Source: Phycisphaerae bacterium
GTDB taxonomy: Bacteria; Planctomycetota; Phycisphaerae; UBA1845
Direction: 5' to 3'
Length of the DNA: 64,000 bases
NCBI GenBank assembly: GCA_963666835.2
Contig: CAXXGO010000001.1
Coordinates: 896,001 to 960,000, forward strand
Part shown: positions 1-10,400 of the stretch, piece after piece
Position numbering within the stretch: the first letter of the stretch is position 1
How the letters are laid out: every line of letters begins with the position of its first letter
Notes under the pieces: model-generated
What the model was told of the DNA's origin: nothing
The model's database searches: none
Seen by the model: the letters and a program-made list of their open reading frames with translations, nothing else
Made by a program: the position numbers and the translations under genes

Positions 1-2
1 CG

Positions 3-3000
3 GGTTGGTTGTTGGCGGGTGATGTGAATCACGCCTTCGCGGCGGGGGTGACGCTCAGCGCCGGCGAATTCCTTGTTGTGGCCAAGGACGACGTGTTTCT
101 CGCAGGGACGGTGTCACCGGCGATTCCGGTTGGGGTCCAGGTGATCAAATGGGACAGCGGTGACTTACCGAACTCCGGTGGCGTTGTAGCGGTTGAGGAT
201 GATCTCTCCACGGAGGTGGATCGCGTTGTCTATGACGATGCCGCCCCGTGGCCTACCGGCGCGGACGGGTTCGGGCCTTCGTTGGAGTTGATCCACTCCG
301 ATTTCGACAATTCGTACGGTTCTGTATGGCGCGCTTCGGCGGCAACGAATGGCACGCCGGGTGTGGAGAACAGCGCGTACTCTTCTTCACCGGTGGTGCT
401 GAGCGAATCGCCGGCGCGGCTTTCGATTATTGCCAACCTGACGGAGGTGTCGGTCGTCTTCGCCGAACCCGTGCAGTCGGTGACGGCCAGCGATCTGGCG
501 GTTGATTCATCGCTGGCGACGAGTGTTGTGTGTGACACCTGTGTCGGGGGTGTTGGCGCCGGGCCGTATGTGTTCAGTGGTTTCACGGCGCCGACCACTA
601 GTCCGGTAAATGTGGCATTGGCACCGGGATCGATTGAGGATGAGAGCGGTCATTCGTTTGCCGGAGACACGTGGATCTACTCGTTTGAAATCCAGAACGT
701 GGTGATCAATGAGTTGCATTACAACCCGGACGGCGGTGACGATCTCGAGGAATTCATCGAGCTCCATAACGCTGAGCCTGATCCGGTGGATATCTCCGGT
801 TGGTCAGTAACGCATTTCTCGAATACCGGTTTTACGTTTCCGGCGTCCACGGTGCTGGCGGCTCGGGATTATGTCGTGATCGCTCGATACCCGGCGCACT
901 TATTGGCGGCAACGGGGTACACGACGGCGTATCAGTGGGACCCTGACGACAAGCTAAGCAACAGTGGGGAGACGGTTGCCCTGGAGACGCATCTGGGGAT
1001 CGTCGTTGACTCAGTGACCTACTCGGATTCGAACTCCGACCCGGCTTGGCCCGCGCTGCCGGACGGCGATGGGCCGTCGTTGGAGTTGCTCAATCCATCG
1101 CTGGACAACGAGCTGCCGGGTGCCTGGTCTGCTTCCGTGGGAACGCACGGCACGCCCGGAGCAGAGAACAGCGTGGCGACAGACGCTCCGCGGATTCTCA
1201 GTGAGCTGCCGGCTCGGGGTACTTCGGTTGAGTCATTAACAGACGTGACGGTGGTGTTCACGACGCCGGTGGAGAACGTCGTTGCCGGTGACTTGTTGGT
1301 CGCAGGTAGCGCGGCCACCACGGTCGTGCCGGCGAGTGGCCCTGCGGATACGTACACTTTCTCGGGTTTTGCAGTTCCGCCGGTTGGATCTGTCGTAGTC
1401 GTGTTGAATGCGGGGGCGATTGTAAGCGAGGAAGGTGGCATACCGTTCGGAGGGGCCTATTGGACGGTTTCGGCAGGTTTGGTGGTGTTGATCAACGAGA
1501 TTCACTATCACCCTGCGGCTCCCGACGACGATGTTGAGTTCATCGAGTTCTACAACGCTGGCGCCAATACGGCGGTGATGGATAACTGGACGATGTGCGA
1601 CGGGGTCGAGATGACGTTCCCGACGGGGACGACGTTGCCGCCCGGCGATTATCTGGTCATTGCGTTTGACACGACGCTGTTGGAGTCGGTAACCGGTTAC
1701 GCGGATGGGCTCGGCTGGAGTGACGGGCGTTTGTCGAATGGAGGGGAGGGGCTTGCACTTTGCGATGACGTTGGCAACGTGCTGGATGCGCTTACGTACG
1801 GTGACAGTGCGCCCTGGGCGTCGAGTACCGATGGTGACGGATCATCGTTGGAACTGATAAGTCCGCTTCTCCCCAACGAGTATGGAGGAGCCTGGCAGGC
1901 CTCGGTGGGGACGCATGGAACTCCGGGGGCGGAGAACAGCACGTACCAGCCGGCGCCACCGCCGATTATCCTCGATCCGATTCACGACCCACCCATCCCG
2001 GCATCAGATCAAGACGTGTTGATTACGGTTACGGTGATCGACGACGCGCCCGACCCGACCGTAACGCTGAACCACCGACAGGATCAGGAACCCCCTGTTG
2101 CGTATACCCTGACCACGATGTACGACGATGGCTTCCACGGGGACGGCCTGGCGGACGATCATCTGTACGGCGCGATTGTCGCCGGTTTGGCAGACGGCGA
2201 GCGCCTGGACTTTTTCATCTCGGCGGACGATGGGGCTGGTACCTCGATAGCCCCGGTGGGGCACTCGGTGCCGGATGGATCGGGGTACCCTTCGCAGACC
2301 TTTTTGGTCAAGTTCTCCGATGACGCGCCGGATCTCGAGTTCCCGACGTATCACCTGATTACCACTCAACACACCCGCGACTTGCAGGAGACGATAGATC
2401 GGACGTCCTACGACGCAACCTTCGTTCAGTGCGATACGAGCGGGACTTGCGAGGTGTTCTATAACGTCACCGAGCGTTACCGTGGCCACAGTACGTTGAC
2501 GGACACGCCGCACGGGTTCCGGATTGACTTCTCAGATGATCATCCGCTGCAATCCGAGATGGGATTCGAGATTACGGATCTCGTTCTGATGTCGCAGGAG
2601 ATCGATCGGCAGCATCTGGGCTACGAGTTCTTCAGAGAGGTCTTCGGCGGAGCGTTGCCGGCGTCGATGACGCAGTTCGTCAGATTGAATACGAATCCGC
2701 TCGCCCATGGAGGCGCGCAGAACTGGATTTACATTAACCTGGAGCGGGTCGACGATCGCTTCCTGGATTCGCAAGACGGCGGTGTCGGGGCGATGCGGTA
2801 TCCGAAGTTATGTAGCGATAATGGGGCTTCCTGCGACAACGACAGTGATTGCGTCGGCTCGTGCGTGAATCGGGCGAACGGGAATCTCTATCGAGCACGG
2901 CACACGGGCAATCTCGATTACCGAGGAGAGAATCCGGACGACTACCGAGCAACCGAACAGCCGGAAGGTGGCACGGACTACGGATACGACAAGGAGACGA

Positions 3001-6000
3001 ACGAGGCGGAGGATGACTGGACCGACCTGATCGATCTGTGCTTCGCTATCGATGCCGCAACGACGGATGGCGAGGATCTGGAAGCAGCCTTGGAGTCCCT
3101 GATTGATGTGGATCAATGGCTCCGCTGGTTCGGCGCTCACATGCTGCTTGCCAACGGAGAGGGCGGGTTGTACCGGGATAGTGGGGACGATTACTTCGTT
3201 TACTTCGAGCCGATCGAGTCGCCCAATGGGCACAATGCCACGCTGATTCCCTGGGATCTCGACGGTGTCTGGGGCGGTCACTGGTACAGAGACAACTACT
3301 GGGAACAGCCGACGATCTGGCGGACGGGCTGCGGGCACCCGTGCAATCCCTTCATGTCATGTCCTTCCCCGTTGGCTGACACTTCAGGCCGTTTTGTGCG
3401 TTCGAATGCGTTTGCAGGGCGTATGGTAAACGCTATTTGGGAGCTACTCGATAACGAGTTCACGCAGGCCAACGTAGACGCGATGGTCGACGCGATTCCC
3501 GACAGCGTTCTCGCCCAATCGATCTACTACGCCACCGCCGAGGACCGAAAGGCTCAGTTGAAGAGCTGGGCCGCGGACCGGCGAACGACGGTCCTCAATG
3601 AGATCGTCTCTCAGATGACATTGGACGGCCTGCCGTCGAGTCCGTACTCGGCGGCCGACCCGGTGATAGCGTTGAGCGGCGATCTCGATCAGCGCGGGAC
3701 ATATCAGGTTGTCCTGAATGATGAGCCCGTTGACTACTACAGCGTATTCAAGAACCCGTATCCGGATGAGCCGTGCGGATGGGGATCGGCGGGTGCCGAT
3801 TGGTCCAAGCAGCTCGTGTTGGGTCCCGGCGTGAACGAGATCATGGTCCAGTGTCTGGATCACGAAGGGGCGGAAGTGGATCGGGTCGAGGACACGGTGA
3901 CTTATTCGCCGTCGCCGTGGAATCTCCGTTTGACCGCGCCGAGCCGAATGGTGGCGGATAAGACGCTCACGCTGAAGGCGGAGTTGTTGGACCTGGCCGG
4001 TGAGATTCACTGGCGGGAGTGGAACACGGTAGGAACGGTATCGGCGCAACTGGTCTCGGACGGGACCCCGATTCCGACTACGATCACGGTGTTTGAATCG
4101 CATGCGGACGGGGTGGGGGGCGGCGTTCCGGCGGAGGACTCGATCCGGCTGTATAACGGGGTCGGGAGTGTATCGATCACGTTGGACGATCCGGCTTCCG
4201 TTGCCGGTCAGGCGATCGAGATCTTCGTCAACGTTGACGGGCTGGTGGCATCGAAGGTTGTCACGGTGCTCGAGAACGTCCCCGGCAACTTCAGGCAACT
4301 CTCCGGGACGCTCACCGGTGCGGATCTGGTTTGGGGGCCTGGCGATGGCGTGATTCATCTTACGGGTGACGTCACGATTCCCACGGGAGAGACGCTTTCG
4401 TTGGCTGCCGGTACGCTGGTAATGGTAGACGCCGGGTCGGAGGCGGCGGGCACGCGGATCTTGCTCAGCGGCAGTGCGGTGGACGCGCAGGGAACGGTGG
4501 CGAATCCGCTTTTCTTCTTCCCGACGGAGGGTGCCGCGGCGATGGCGTTGCCGCAGGGGCTGAACGAAAAGAACAACTTCTTCTCGTGGCGGGGATTCGC
4601 ATTCGAAGGGGCCGGTTCATCGACGTTCTCGTACGTGTTTCTCACGGGTGCCGGGAACGGTGCGATCGAATTCCATCCGCGCCCACCGGTGCTCTACCTG
4701 GCGGAAGGCGGAACTCACTCTCTGACGCTTACCGATTGCGTGTTCGCGGATGCGCCCGGAGAGATAGTATTCGCGAAGGGCAGCGGAACGTACACGATCT
4801 CGCGTTGTCTGTTCTCGCGCGTGGGGATCGGCGGCGAATTCGTAGGGGGGGATGACTACACAGTCCTCGTAGAGGACAGTTGGTTCACGCGGATCGGACG
4901 GGCTCCGGAAGAGAACAACGTAGACGGAGACATGCTCCATCTGGATCAGGTGACGACGGTTCCGCAAACCGTTCGGCGATGCATCTTCACGGACGGCGGC
5001 GACGACGTAATCGACCACAGCAACGGTGCGCATCCGGTGATTGAGGATTGCATCATCTACGATGCTCGGGACAAAGCGGTCAGCTTGTATTACAGCGGCG
5101 ATATCACGATGACGAACTGTCTCGTGTTTGATGTCCCCAACGGTATCGAGGCAACCGGCCGGCCCGTGTACCTTACCAACTGCACGTTCGGCCGTAATAC
5201 GCAAATCTCGAATCGCCAATGCAGTCTTAGCGACATAGACAAGTGTATTTTCTGGCCTATCAGCATTGTTACATGCTGCAACTACGTTGACTACACCCTG
5301 ATCGGCAGCGCCGGGCACCTTGGCTGCGGCACGTGCAATCTGGTTAAAGAAGCCGAAGAGCCGCTGTTTGTGGACTCGGCCGGCAACGATTTCAACCTGC
5401 ACCCGGATTCACCGGCCGTCGACGTTTGCGGACAGGGGCGGATTGGCTGGCTGGGCTTCCCGAGTGCGACTGCGTGTGCGACGGATGGGGATTGCGACGA
5501 CAGCGATGCGTGTACGATAGATGCATGCCATGTCGGCGTCTGCGTGCATGGAGGCCGGGACTGCTCCGCTTATGATGATGCGTGCAATGTCGGGGTCTGC
5601 AATGGCGGCACGGGCGAGTGCGAACCGCAGCCGGTGGCGGACGATACGCCGTGCTCCGACGGAGAGTTCTGCAACGGGTCCGAGACCTGCCAGGCGGGGC
5701 TCTGCGTTCCCTCGGCGGGTCCGTGTAATGACGGGGTGGATTGTACCGACGATTCGTGTGATGAGGTTGCGGACACGTGCAGCTACGTTCCCAACGACGG
5801 TCTTTGTGACAACGGTTTGTTCTGTGACGGCGCCGAAACCTGCGACGAGATCAGCGGGTGCGTGGACGGCGCGGAGCCGTGCGTAGACCAAGCCCACTGC
5901 GATGAAGCAGCGGACGCTTGTCTGAGTTGCGTCGAGGACGCGGACTGTGACAACGGGCTGTTCTGCGATGGGGTCGAGACGTGCGTCGACAACGAGTGTG

Positions 6001-7199
6001 TGGCGGGCGTCGATCCGTGCGACGATAGTGTGGCGTGTACGGATGACAGTTGCGAAGAGACTACGGACATCTGCAGCCACGTTCCGAATGACGGTCTTTG
6101 CGGCAACGGGTTATTCTGTGACGGCGCTGAAGCTTGTGACGAGATCAACGGGTGCGGAGACGGCGTCGATCCGTGCGTGGATCTGGCTCATTGTGACGAG
6201 GATTCGGACGTTTGCTACGAGTGCGTTATCGACGACGAGTGCGATGACGGCGCATACTGCAACGGAGCCGAGACGTGCGTTGACAACGAGTGCGTGTCGG
6301 ATGTTGATCCGTGTGGTGATCCTTGCGAGCAGTGCGACGAAGCCCGTGACACGTGCGAGTGGTGCATCTTCGAGCTGGACGGCGACGGCTTCATCGGCCC
6401 GGGTGATTTCTCGTTCTTTGCGGGGTGCTATGGGGACAGCTACAGTTGCGATCCACCCACTTATCGAACCGGTGCTGACGGCTGCTGTATAACGAACTTC
6501 GATGAAAGTTCCGACAGTTTCGTGGGGCCCGGTGACTTCTCCGGGCTCGCAGGTTGCTACGGTGATTACTGCGACGCTTGTTCCCTGTGCTGGGGGGCAC
6601 AGGGGCGCTACGGCGGTATTGCGGCGCAGGAATCCACACCGGCGGCGTCGCTGGCCTTGGTAGCGACTTCGACGCTTCACAGTTCGGAGGTTGCGGCGGA
6701 GCTTCCGCGTTCGGAGAACTCGTTCCGGATTGGAAGTTCCTTCTATATTGAACTCTGGGCGCGGGCGGGTCAAGGCGAACGTGGTCTGGCCGCCGTGCAT
6801 GCGAACGTGCGGCTGGATGTCTCGCGCTTGGCTGTGGAGCAGGTTCTACCGAGCGGCAAGTTCGGGTTGTTTTCTCGGAGCGCGTTTGATCCATCTGATG
6901 GACAAGTGGGATTGCTTGGTGGCTGTGCGTCGCTAAGTGAAAGTTCCCTGGACACGGAAACCTGGGTGCGCGTGGGGAGTATCAAGGTCCGCGCCACGGA
7001 AGTTGGCTCGACGAGCATAAAGACCGTTTCGGCGGGGAAGAAATACGGGGTCGCCATGGTGGAGGGGCTAGGCCTGTTGGATGCGGCGAAGATCTCGTTT
7101 GGGGAGGTCTCGCTGAGCGTGTACCGCCGCACGCCGGTTGTGGATCAGACGGAGGAGGCGGAAGTCAAGGGCAGGCGAGGAGCACCGGGCCGGCCGTAG
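3..7199 (+). CDS. Giant secreted multidomain protein, 5' end outside window: 3x lamin-tail domain with Ig-like spacers, CotH kinase, Ig-like, right-handed beta-helix, Cys-rich repeats, dockerin-like EF-hand pair, C-terminal cohesin-like domain
   Basis: Frame is open to the window edge. LTD motifs VVINELHYNP..EFIELHN and LSNSGE..DG.G.SLEL. CotH-like RYRGHST, YINLERVD, IPWDLD. Beta-helix DGDMLHLD..GGDDVIDH..DKAVS. EF-hand pair [21 protein letters not shown] / [23 protein letters not shown] at about 6363-6590. Cohesin-like FYIELWA..WVRVGSIKV at about 6650-7130. Confidence 0.85.
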   Translation, partial: GWLLAGDVNHAFAAGVTLSAGEFLVVAKDDVFLAGTVSPAIPVGVQVIKWDSGDLPNSGGVVAVEDDLSTEVDRVVYDDAAPWPTGADGFGPSLELIHSDFDNSYGSVWRASAATNGTPGVENSAYSSSPVVLSESPARLSIIANLTEVSVVFAEPVQSVTASDLAVDSSLATSVVCDTCVGGVGAGPYVFSGFTAPTTSPVNVALAPGSIEDESGHSFAGDTWIYSFEIQNVVINELHYNPDGGDDLEEFIELHNAEPDPVDISGWSVTHFSNTGFTFPASTVLAARDYVVIARYPAHLLAATGYTTAYQWDPDDKLSNSGETVALETHLGIVVDSVTYSDSNSDPAWPALPDGDGPSLELLNPSLDNELPGAWSASVGTHGTPGAENSVATDAPRILSELPARGTSVESLTDVTVVFTTPVENVVAGDLLVAGSAATTVVPASGPADTYTFSGFAVPPVGSVVVVLNAGAIVSEEGGIPFGGAYWTVSAGLVVLINEIHYHPAAPDDDVEFIEFYNAGANTAVMDNWTMCDGVEMTFPTGTTLPPGDYLVIAFDTTLLESVTGYADGLGWSDGRLSNGGEGLALCDDVGNVLDALTYGDSAPWASSTDGDGSSLELISPLLPNEYGGAWQASVGTHGTPGAENSTYQPAPPPIILDPIHDPPIPASDQDVLITVTVIDDAPDPTVTLNHRQDQEPPVAYTLTTMYDDGFHGDGLADDHLYGAIVAGLADGERLDFFISADDGAGTSIAPVGHSVPDGSGYPSQTFLVKFSDDAPDLEFPTYHLITTQHTRDLQETIDRTSYDATFVQCDTSGTCEVFYNVTERYRGHSTLTDTPHGFRIDFSDDHPLQSEMGFEITDLVLMSQEIDRQHLGYEFFREVFGGALPASMTQFVRLNTNPLAHGGAQNWIYINLERVDDRFLDSQDGGVGAMRYPKLCSDNGASCDNDSDCVGSCVNRANGNLYRARHTGNLDYRGENPDDYRATEQPEGGTDYGYDKETNEAEDDWTDLIDLCFAIDAATTDGEDLEAALESLIDVDQWLRWFGAHMLLANGEGGLYRDSGDDYFVYFEPIESPNGHNATLIPWDLDGVWGGHWYRDNYWEQPTIWRTGCGHPCNPFMSCPSPLADTSGRFVRSNAFAGRMVNAIWELLDNEFTQANVDAMVDAIPDSVLAQSIYYATAEDRKAQLKSWAADRRTTVLNEIVSQMTLDGLPSSPYSAADPVIALSGDLDQRGTYQVVLNDEPVDYYSVFKNPYPDEPCGWGSAGADWSKQLVLGPGVNEIMVQCLDHEGAEVDRVEDTVTYSPSPWNLRLTAPSRMVADKTLTLKAELLDLAGEIHWREWNTVGTVSAQLVSDGTPIPTTITVFESHADGVGGGVPAEDSIRLYNGVGSVSITLDDPASVAGQAIEIFVNVDGLVASKVVTVLENVPGNFRQLSGTLTGADLVWGPGDGVIHLTGDVTIPTGETLSLAAGTLVMVDAGSEAAGTRILLSGSAVDAQGTVANPLFFFPTEGAAAMALPQGLNEKNNFFSWRGFAFEGAGSSTFSYVFLTGAGNGAIEFHPRPPVLYLAEGGTHSLTLTDCVFADAPGEIVFAKGSGTYTISRCLFSRVGIGGEFVGGDDYTVLVEDSWFTRIGRAPEENNVDGDMLHLDQVTTVPQTVRRCIFTDGGDDVIDHSNGAHPVIEDCIIYDARDKAVSLYYSGDITMTNCLVFDVPNGIEATGRPVYLTNCTFGRNTQISNRQCSLSDIDKCIFWPISIVTCCNYVDYTLIGSAGHLGCGTCNLVKEAEEPLFVDSAGNDFNLHPDSPAVDVCGQGRIGWLGFPSATACATDGDCDDSDACTIDACHVGVCVHGGRDCSAYDDACNVGVCNGGTGECEPQPVADDTPCSDGEFCNGSETCQAGLCVPSAGPCNDGVDCTDDSCDEVADTCSYVPNDGLCDNGLFCDGAETCDEISGCVDGAEPCVDQAHCDEAADACLSCVEDADCDNGLFCDGVETCVDNECVAGVDPCDDSVACTDDSCEETTDICSHVPNDGLCGNGLFCDGAEACDEINGCGDGVDPCVDLAHCDEDSDVCYECVIDDECDDGAYCNGAETCVDNECVSDVDPCGDPCEQCDEARDTCEWCIFELDGDGFIGPGDFSFFAGCYGDSYSCDPPTYRTGADGCCITNFDESSDSFVGPGDFSGLAGCYGDYCDACSLCWGAQGRYGGIAAQESTPAASLALVATSTLHSSEVAAELPRSENSFRIGSSFYIELWARAGQGERGLAAVHANVRLDVSRLAVEQVLPSGKFGLFSRSAFDPSDGQVGLLGGCASLSESSLDTETWVRVGSIKVRATEVGSTSIKTVSAGKKYGVAMVEGLGLLDAAKISFGEVSLSVYRRTPVVDQTEEAEVKGRRGAPGRP

Positions 7200-7428
7200 C
7201 CTGGCCACGGTAGTCTGAGCCGCGAGTATGGGAGTTGAGAGCGAGAAAACTCAATCGTTATCGAGCGATTGGGCAGTGATAATGCGTCGGACGTACGCCA
7301 TGCTCGATTCGGTTGAATGGAGCGGTGGCGATGAGTCGTAGGAGGACCCGGGAATGGTAAGAAGCTTACATCGGTTGACTGTGAATCAGAGTTCATTTGA
7401 TGACGCCCTTCTGGCGAGGAGGAAAGGC

Positions 7429-10400
7429 ATGAAGCGCTGTGTTTGGCACCTGGCAATAGTATGTTTGGCATTGTGCCTGTGTTTTGGAAGTGGGACTGCG
7501 GTGATGGGCGCCGATACGGAGCTGCTATCGGCTACCTACCCGACATCGGAGCCGGGCCTTTGGACTACTACTCCTGCGGTCGTGGGTTTGCCGACGGGGG
7601 CGTTTAACACCGATCATGTGGACGTCGGTGACCCGACGAGCGAAGCGACGCATGCGATGGATGTATGCGACGACGATGGGAACGCGGCCGGTAACGCATG
7701 TTACAACGGCGATTGTTCTGCGCACGAGTGGGGCGGAGTCTGTACCTGGCTATCTGGGCGAACCATCCGTGCCATGTGGGAGCATGACGGGGTTGCCCCA
7801 GACGAGTCCGATCCCGGCGCTACAATGACATTGGATTTCGGCACGCTGGCGGTCAACAAGTACGTGGCGGTGCTCTGGAACCGTGGATCCGGCAATGACA
7901 GTTTCGACATCGAGATCGAGGGCGACGCTGGCGGTCCGTACCATGTAGCGTGGCTTTCGGGTTCGGGCAACAACGCCGCGATTACCGGCGTTTTTGATGT
8001 TGGGGTCCAAACCGGGGTGCAGATCGTGACGTTTACGGCGACTGAACCGGCTTGGAGCATGCAGAGTACTTATGCCCAGGCAATGGTCAGCGAGGTTGCG
8101 GTGTGGTCGGCGCCGGAGCCCGGCACGATTATCGTTGAGAAGCAGACCGATCCGGATGGCGCTGCTCAGAGCTTCGATTTCACCGGGGACGTGGCCGGGA
8201 CGATTGGGGATGGGCAGCAGCTTAGTGTTACGCTTCCGCCGGGGACCTACACATCACAGGAGACCTTGCTTGCCGGTTGGGAATTGACGTCTATCGTCTG
8301 TGACGACGGCAATAGCAGCGGCGACGTGGGGACGGGTACGGCCACCTTCCAGCTCGAAGAGGGCGAGACGGTTACCTGCGTCTTCACTAATACTCAGGTA
8401 GCGTTGTCGGCACCGGTCATCCTTAACGAATACAACGCCGTCGGTTCCAGCAAGTGGCTGGATTGTGATGGGCTCGAGTGCAGCGATGCCGAGGACGTCT
8501 ACTTCGGCCGCGTCGAGGGCAACGGGGGTAACTGGATCGAGTTGGTCGTGACCCAGGACAACCTCGACATGCGCGGTTGGTCCATCGAGTGGGTGGAAGA
8601 TACCGACTCCGGCACGATCACGTTTACCGATGATGATCGCTGGGAGAGCATGCAGGCCGGTACGATCATCACGTTAACGGAGCTATGCACCTCCGAAGGT
8701 GGGTTGGACACGCAAGCATTCTTCCACCCCGTCACTGACTGGTGGATCAACATCAATACTCTGTGCGAAGGCGTAGCTCAGGAGACGTACGTCACTACGA
8801 CGCATAGCAGTGCTCCGAATGGTAGTTTCTCGGTAGGGAATGACGACTTCCAGTTGACTATTCTGGACGAGACGTCCGCCGTGGTCTTTGGCCCGGTGGG
8901 CGAGGGGGTCTGCGATTTCGACGGCGTGGGAAGCCGCGAGGTCGGCAAGTTGGAAGAAGATCCCTCGCCGTCCGTTACCGCTTGTTCGGATTACAATGAC
9001 GGCACGTCGAGTAGCTTTGGCCATCCCAACCTGTGGGGCGACGGGGGCAACAGGCAGCGGTTTAACGATCTGCGCGGAGAGATTGTTAACATCGAGCTGG
9101 TAACGCTGAGCACGCCCAGCACAAGCGACGCAGCCGGGTTCAGTGTCTGCATGGCGGGCTTGGAGATGGGGCAGCCCTGCGCTGACGATTCTGATTGTAC
9201 GTTTGGCGGTGATGGATCTTGCCGCGGATTGCCCGAATTGCCGATATCAGAAACGCAGTTCGGCGTGGGCAGTGAGTTCTATCTTGAGGTGTGGGCGCAG
9301 ACGACTGAGCCTGGCGGATTGAGCAGTGTCTTTGCGGATATCGACTATGACCCGTGTGTGGTGACGGCGAATGAGATTGTCCATACTATGGCGTTTACGG
9401 CCAGCGGCTACGAACCCGAAGGGACGATCGACAGCGCGAACGGTGTTATAGACAATGTCGGCGGGCCCCATTTCGATGGAAGTTGTTCGACGGGTTTTGG
9501 CGTAGGACCGAATTGGGTTCGGGCGGCGTATATCGAGTTCACCGCGGATGCGCACGGCACTCCGTTGTTCACAAGTCGCAACACGGATTCGGGGTTCGAT
9601 AACGCCATTTGCGGTGTTCTCGGCCTTGTAGATCAAGACCGGGTTAGCTACGGAGAGCTGGCCGTGCAGGCGGGCGCGGAATCTGGGGACCTGGTTCTTG
9701 CGGTGCCGGCGGCGCCGCAGATTGTCGGGGTTGGCCAGCAGGTCACCGTAGACCTGAACGCGGCTAATCTGTCGACGGCAGTTTCCGGTGTCCAGGCGTT
9801 GATGCACTACAACACCCAGAACCTGAGTCTGGCCGGGGCAGCTTTGGTGTTGCCGTGGGATAATGAAATCAGCGTTCTGTACGGTGTGTGCGTGGGTGGC
9901 GATAACGAGGGAGCCCAATGCGGATTCAGCGGCGGCTTCGATTGCAGCGTTGGCGGCGGTTTGTGCGCCGAAACCGGAGATGTCCTGTTCAGCGCCGGCA
10001 TTGCCGGAAGTTCGACCGACGTCGACGGGACGGTCGCGACCTTCACCTTCAATGCAGTGGAAGACAGCTCGCCGGTCGTGAGCTTCCTCGAGGATATGCC
10101 CGCGGCATATCCCAGCATTTGCACGAAGTTGACTGATGCAAGCACCGCGGAGTTCATCAGTCCGAGCCGGACCGACACAATCGACGGCGACATCCAGATC
10201 CTGGACGGGGAGTGTTACATCGACGGCCAGTGGTATGACGACGGCGATCCGAACCCGCTTAACGAGTGCGAATTGTGCGATACGGCGACCGGTCTTTCTG
10301 CGTGGACTCCGGCCGCCTCGGGTTCGTCATGCGGTGCGACGCCGGGCGACTGCGAGAATCAGGATACTTGCGACGGTGCCGGCAGCTGTGTTGATAACGG